Source: Callorhinchus milii
Lineage: Eukaryota
Direction of reading: 5' to 3'
Assembly: GCF_018977255.1 (NCBI RefSeq)
Contig: NW_024704742.1
Span: 76,572,001-76,636,000 of the forward strand
Length of the DNA: 64,000 bases
Shown here: one piece after another, positions 58,680 to 64,000 of the stretch
How positions within the stretch are numbered: the first letter of the stretch is position 1
Layout: every line of letters begins with the position of its first letter
The notes under the pieces: model-generated
The model's database searches: none
What the model was told of the DNA's origin: nothing
Seen by the model: only the letters and a program-made list of their open reading frames with translations
Translations under genes and position numbers: made by a program

Positions 58680-59000
58680 AACAGCAACGACAATTTGCAC
58701 TTTTATAGCGCCCTCCATGCAGGGTAGCGTCTCAGAGCACTTAACAGTGGCGGAGCCTGACTCGAAGCCGGGGAGTGGGGGGAGGTGGCTGTAGGCACAG
58801 TCGAAGAAGAAGGTTTTCAGACGGTACTTGAAAAAGGGGAGAGAGGGGGCAAGACAGAGGGGTTGAGGGAGAGTGTTCCAGAGTTTTGGGGCATAGCAGC
58901 TGAAAGCTCGACCTCCGATGGTGGGGTGGAGTGTGTGAGGGACGAGCAGGAGGTCGGTGCCAGTTGAGCTGGATTGGGGAGTGAGGAGTTTGGAGAGGTA
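58680..59000 (-). mobile_element. L2 3' fragment (second subfamily)
   Basis: [21 protein letters not shown]…LKTFFF. Confidence 0.8.
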
Positions 59001-59354
59001 CACAGACAATGTTATAATAAAGGACATTATATGTTCAGATATTGCCTTACAGAATGCCTAAAGTTAATTAATTTATGCAATGGCTAATATTCACCCTATG
59101 TGAAACAAAAAAAATCTTGCTTTTGATTCAGCGCCTTTCACATTAACAGGATGTCTCAAAGAGATTCAAAAGATATATTGTAAAGTGGTCACTGTGTATA
59201 TTTTGGGCAAACACAGCAGCCAATTTATGCATTACATTGTTTCACATACAACCATAAAAGTGAAAGACCAATTTTATTTGGGGGATTGCTGACCAGGAAA
59301 CTGGGAGAAACGCTCTTCTCTTTTCAAAAGAGATGGAGTCATGGGATGTTACAC

Positions 59355-59650
59355 AACAACACAACAAATTACATTTGTATGGCGCCTTTCATGTCAGGAG
59401 GACATCCCAAGGCTCTCGACAGTCAGGGATTTTGACCCCAGCAGGGGGGGTTGGGATCAGGGGGATGGAAGGCAGGGAGGGTAGGGGAAGGAGGGTAACC
59501 AAAGGCATCCTTGAAGAGGAGAGTTTTGAGACATGCCTTGAAGGAGGCAAGAGAGGGGGTTAGGTGAAGGGACTGTGGGAGGGAGTTCCAAAGAATGGGG
59601 GCAGAGAGGCTGAAGGCCCAATCATCGATAGTGGGGTGGGCCGGGGGGGG
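59355..59650 (-). mobile_element. L2 3' fragment
   Basis: 3' tail and LKACLKTLLF-like region. Confidence 0.75.
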
Positions 59651-60291
59651 ATTGCTGTTTGGGTCTGAACCAGTGAAGGACTTATTGGAATGTGAGCCTA
59701 GACAATAAGAGATCTAAGTTCAAGGTGGGACTTAACTCACAACCTTTTGATTCACACATGAGAGTGCAACTAACTGAGCCAAAGTGACAGGTTAGAAATA
59801 ATTCACTTTTAGAAATGTTCACAGTTAATGTCTCATCATTGCTATTCCATTCAAATCGTCTTGTTAATAAAATGGTGGGGAAGGCACAATGCAAAGCAGA
59901 ATAACATGTCATGAAATATTTCTCTGTGTCTTGAAAACAGCACGACCCTGTGGTTCTCTAGATAAACTTGCAGGCTTATGTTTAAGAACATTAACTGGAT
60001 TCATTACATACAACGGAATTAATGGTTAATCTTTCAAAGAGCCATAACAATTAACAGCTGTCTGCTTTCACCGTTTGCTTTTACCCGTTATTTGTCCTAT
60101 TATATTATTTCATAACAGCCGTCTGTCTTGGCATATAAATCCCACTATAAGGTCACAGGTGGAATATTTAAATGAAGCAGAACTAAGGCAGACAAACTCT
60201 CAATATCAGATGACATTGAACACTTAATTGCCTTGAGTAATATTATAGGGCATGGCAACAAGAATTGGAGTGGAATTAGATGTGTACCATA

Positions 60292-61262
60292 ACAGCAACA
60301 AAATTACATTTATAGAGCCCCTTTCACATCGGGAGGACATCCCAAAGCGCTGGACAGTCAGGTGTCGGCGCCCGAGCATGGGGGAGGGGTGGGATGGGGT
60401 GAGGGAAGGCATGATCGAAGGGAAGGGTCTTGAGACCAGCCTTGAAAGAGGCAAGGGAGGAAGCGAGGCGAAGGGACTGTGGGGTGGAATTCCAGAGTGT
60501 GGGGTTGAGAGGCTGAAAGCCCGGCCACCAATGGTAGGTCGGGAGACATGGAGCAGACCGGAGCCCACTAAATGGAGGGAGTGAGCAGGGTGGTAGGGAG
60601 TCAGCAGGTCAGAGAGGTAGGAGGGGGCAAGGCCATTCATGGCCTTGAAAGTGAGGATGAGAATCTTCAATTTGATCCTCTGGGGGATGGGGAGCGAGTA
60701 GAGTCGGGCGAGGGTGGGACTGATGGGGTCGTGGAGCCTGGTGCGCGAGAGTACACGAGCTGCAGAGTTTTGGATGATCTGCAGCTTGTGGAGGGAAGAG
60801 TTGGGAAAGCCGATGAGAAGGGAGTTTCCGTAATCGAGCCTTGATGTGACAAATGCATGGGCAAGGGTTTCGGCAGTCTGAGGGGTGAGGCAATGGCGGA
60901 GTCTGGCAATGTTGCGGAGATGGTGTTGGCAGTGCTGGTCATAGCGTGAATGTGGGGGAGAAAGGACAGTTCAGGGTCAAACAAGATACCCAGGTTCCTG
61001 ACTGGCTTAGTCAGGTTGAGCGTGCAGCCGTGGAGGCTGATGCTGCCAGCGCTTGGGGTGCCTTGGTCAGGAGGGCCTCGGTCTTGCTGACGTTGAGTTG
61101 GAGAAAGTTGTCCCTCGTTCAGGACTTGATGTTGGACAGGCAGTGGGTCAGGACTCCAGTAGTCCTGGAGTTCAGGGTGGAGGCAGAGAGATAGAGTTGG
61201 GTGTCATCCGCATACATGTGAAAATTTACCCCATGTCTATGAATGATGTCACTAAGGGGGAT
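60292..61262 (-). mobile_element. L2 LINE RT-to-tail fragment, 1.6 kb upstream of the GNRHR start
   Basis: [13 protein letters not shown] region at about 61190-61230, [12 protein letters not shown], 3' tail. Confidence 0.9.
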
Positions 61263-62852
61263 CACCTAGAGTGCAGTTATACAGTTATGAGGCCATGACA
61301 TGAAGGGGGTGCTCAGGCACAAAAGGCAATGCAGACAAGAGCAACGGTAATTAACAACTGGAACACGTTGCAGGAAGCTTACTTGCTGATGGACATGGGA
61401 CAAACCAAAAAGCTGCTCTTAAATTGGTACTAAATTTGACATATAGGTTACATAAAAATATTGTAAAACCACAACTTATACTGTTTAGCACCTTTCAGAA
61501 GATGACAAGATTGAGACTAGGACACTGGACTCATTTGAAAAGCAGCTTGATGGAGTAGAAGTATGATGAGATTAGATGGATTAAAGGGACTTCTTCATCC
61601 AAATGAATCTTGTCATCTTATGAAAGGTGCTATAAGTTGTTTTACTATATTTTTATGTAACCTATATTTCAAATTTACTACCACTTTAAGAGCAGTTTTT
61701 TTGGTTTGTACCAACCTCATCTGCAACATAGCTGAAGATAGCCAACCTCATTTTCACAACTTGCATTTCATGTTGGATTACGTATCTGAGAAGTTCGCAA
61801 AGGTGGAGTCAGAGGTCAAACAAGGGAGCAGGGGGGGAGGGGGAGGAGTGAGTAGGAAAGAAAGAGGTTACAACAGTACATGTAGCAGCAACAATAATTT
61901 GCACTTACACATAGCCTTTTGTGCTTTCTCAAAGTACTTTATACATAAAAGGTGTACGATGGCAAGTAGCAGAGAGGGGCAGGTGACCAAAAGCATGGTC
62001 GAAGAGGTAGGTTTTTCAGAAGGGTTTTGAAAACAGGGGGATTGGGTACATGGCAGAGTTTCAGAATGGGGGCATAATAAGACAAAAAGGAGATTTTCAC
62101 CCTTCAGGCCTGGGTTAGATTCATACCAAGACCCAGATGTGAAGTGGATATTTACTGTGGAATCCAGTCCCTTTTGTGAGTTGTTACTTCCGTTGCTATC
62201 TTCTCTGTGTTTGAATACTGATCTCACCTTTGATTTCTGTGACATCCGCGTCCAATTGGAGTTCCAGAGAGTCGCCCACATCACGTTCAGTGATCATTAA
62301 TTACAAATACTTTTGCAAATTTCACAACTTAGACCTCAATATCTAGTCACAAGCTCATGAAAAGAAGTTACATTTGCTGTCTTCTGATGGTTGTATTATT
62401 AGCCTTGCTAGGAAACAATAAGGGGTCAGGGTTAGACAATTTCTGTTGCTGTAATTTCTCTTAAACACTGGTTAACTTATTGAATGAATATCTGAACTCT
62501 ATCTGTCTTTTTGTGTTATGTCTTTGCATTTTTGTGTTATGAATTAGAAATTAAATATCCTTTCAGTCTCCTGACTTTTCATTTCAATATCTCCGACTCA
62601 CAAATTGAGCCTGCACTGTCCTCAATGTGGGAGGGAGGAGGGGCTTCCTATTACAGGGGTATTACAGGGGGATTAATCCTGGCACTTGGTGCCAGGATCT
62701 CATCGGCTAAATAGACGTATTGTATTCACTTGCATTTGAGGGTTGTTTCAGCTTGTCAGTTTAAGAGGCACAGAGAGAGTAAAAACTATCCAACAATTTT
62801 CAGTCTGGATGCACGGAAACATTTTCGGATTAATTTTCCCAAACAAAGTGCC

Positions 62853-63398
62853 ATGTGTCTTAAGCCTCTGCCGAATAATACCATGATAGGCAGCGTGGAA
62901 TCTGGGAAGAACAACTTCACCCTCCACAATGATAGTCTGGACATCGCTGTGTCCAACTCATCCTTGAAGTTCCCAACTCTCAGCATTTCAGGTATCATCA
63001 GAGTGGCAATCACCTTCACCCTTTTCATCCTCTCTATTGCAATGAATGGGATTTTTTTGCTGAAGCTATCCAGGCAACACAAGAAGAAGGCATCACGTCT
63101 GAAGCTGCTGCTCGATAATCTCATGGTAGCTAACTTGGTGGAGACTATAATCGTGATGCCGATGGATGGTATATGGAACATTATGGTGCAATGGTATGGT
63201 GGGCAGTTTCTTTGCAAGGTCCTCAATTTCCTCAAGCTCTTCTCCATGTACTCTCCCGCCTTCATGGTAGTGGTAATCAGCATTGATCGCTGCCTGGCTG
63301 TTACAAAGCCCTTGAAAAGTGCAACACAAAGTACTCAAATTAGGAAATATATGATTTACACAGCCTGGCTCTTCAGCTTTGTCCTGGCTTTACCTCAG
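62853..63398 (+). CDS. GNRHR: Gonadotropin-releasing hormone receptor, type I (mammalian-type), exon 1: N-terminus to end of TM4, 182 codons
   Basis: FPTLSISGIIRVAIT, ANLVETIIVMPMDGIWNIMVQWYGG, LCKVLNFLKLFSMYSPAF, ISIDRC, and LPQ|gtggga phase-0 intron at the position known for GnRH receptors. Asn at 2.50 and YxPAF indicate type I. Remaining exons lie outside the window. Confidence 0.96.
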
Positions 63399-64000
63399 GT
63401 GGGATATCTCTGCTGTTGTATCTATTGTTTAAATTATTTTTTGCATTTTTTTGAGATTCTAAAGGTTATTTTAACTATTGTTACAGAATCAATTAAGCAA
63501 TATTATCCCCGCTTGTATTTTATCTCTAACCTAGTCTAAGGAAACTTTTGTTGTTTGATTAGTGATGAAATAATCTGTGCAATTTGGATGTTAAACAATC
63601 ATTTCCTTTATTATAGTTCAACATCAATGATTTTACAATGGATTATGCCATTATCACTGGAGGCAATAATGGTAGCAATCAGGCTTTGGAGAATTAAGTA
63701 GTGATCAGCTTCCTATCCCTAGGACAGCAGCAGGCAGTTGTGAATGGGTCTTTATTGCATCTGCATCTCATTGACACTGGCTAGACCTCCCTCTATTATA
63801 CACAAAAAGTCTAACTTCTTCATGTAGTGAGGCACGTATCAGAGAACTCATTTGTCCAATTATCCATTATAAACTTCACACCAGGGTCAATGGTGTTTTC
63901 ACCACAAAAGTATGCCAATTCTTGTTATCTTTCCTTCTCTTCGAGTGAGGTCGAGAGGTTAAACCAAGAATATATTATCTGTGTGACAAGCCAGAGACCA

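Noticed and set aside
62730..63539. 269-aa ORF as a complete receptor
   Set aside because: It begins at a TTG upstream of the likely ATG (62853) and reads through the donor at 63399 into intron; only four TM helices are present.

Overview
This is vertebrate genomic DNA. It is most likely from a cartilaginous fish, possibly a chimaera; that is inferred from the repeat landscape and the type I GnRH receptor, not from any search. Three protein-coding loci can be read directly. (1) A complete 12-coding-exon type II transmembrane serine protease of the HAT/DESC (TMPRSS11-like) kind lies on + (CDS 16077-34823, 486 aa when spliced by hand: TM, SEA, Ser/Thr-rich stalk, trypsin domain with intact triad). 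(2) The first coding exon of a paralogue lies on - (2713-2812), head-to-head with it. (3) Exon 1 of a type I GnRH receptor lies on + (62853-63398), reproducing the mammalian TMPRSS11-GNRHR linkage. The rest is dominated by L2 and CR1 LINE fragments and tRNA-derived SINEs, with smaller Penelope, DIRS/Ngaro-like, LTR-pol and hAT remnants. I see no prokaryote-style system (no CRISPR array, operon, or rRNA/tRNA genes). The best leads are duplicated mucin-like stalk exons, a ZNF143/NRF1 motif cluster between the divergent proteases, an orphan transmembrane exon on -, an intact LEM/HeH-like ORF bracketed by splice sites, and a duplicated conserved non-coding block upstream of GNRHR. All alignments were done by eye and repeat boundaries are approximate.
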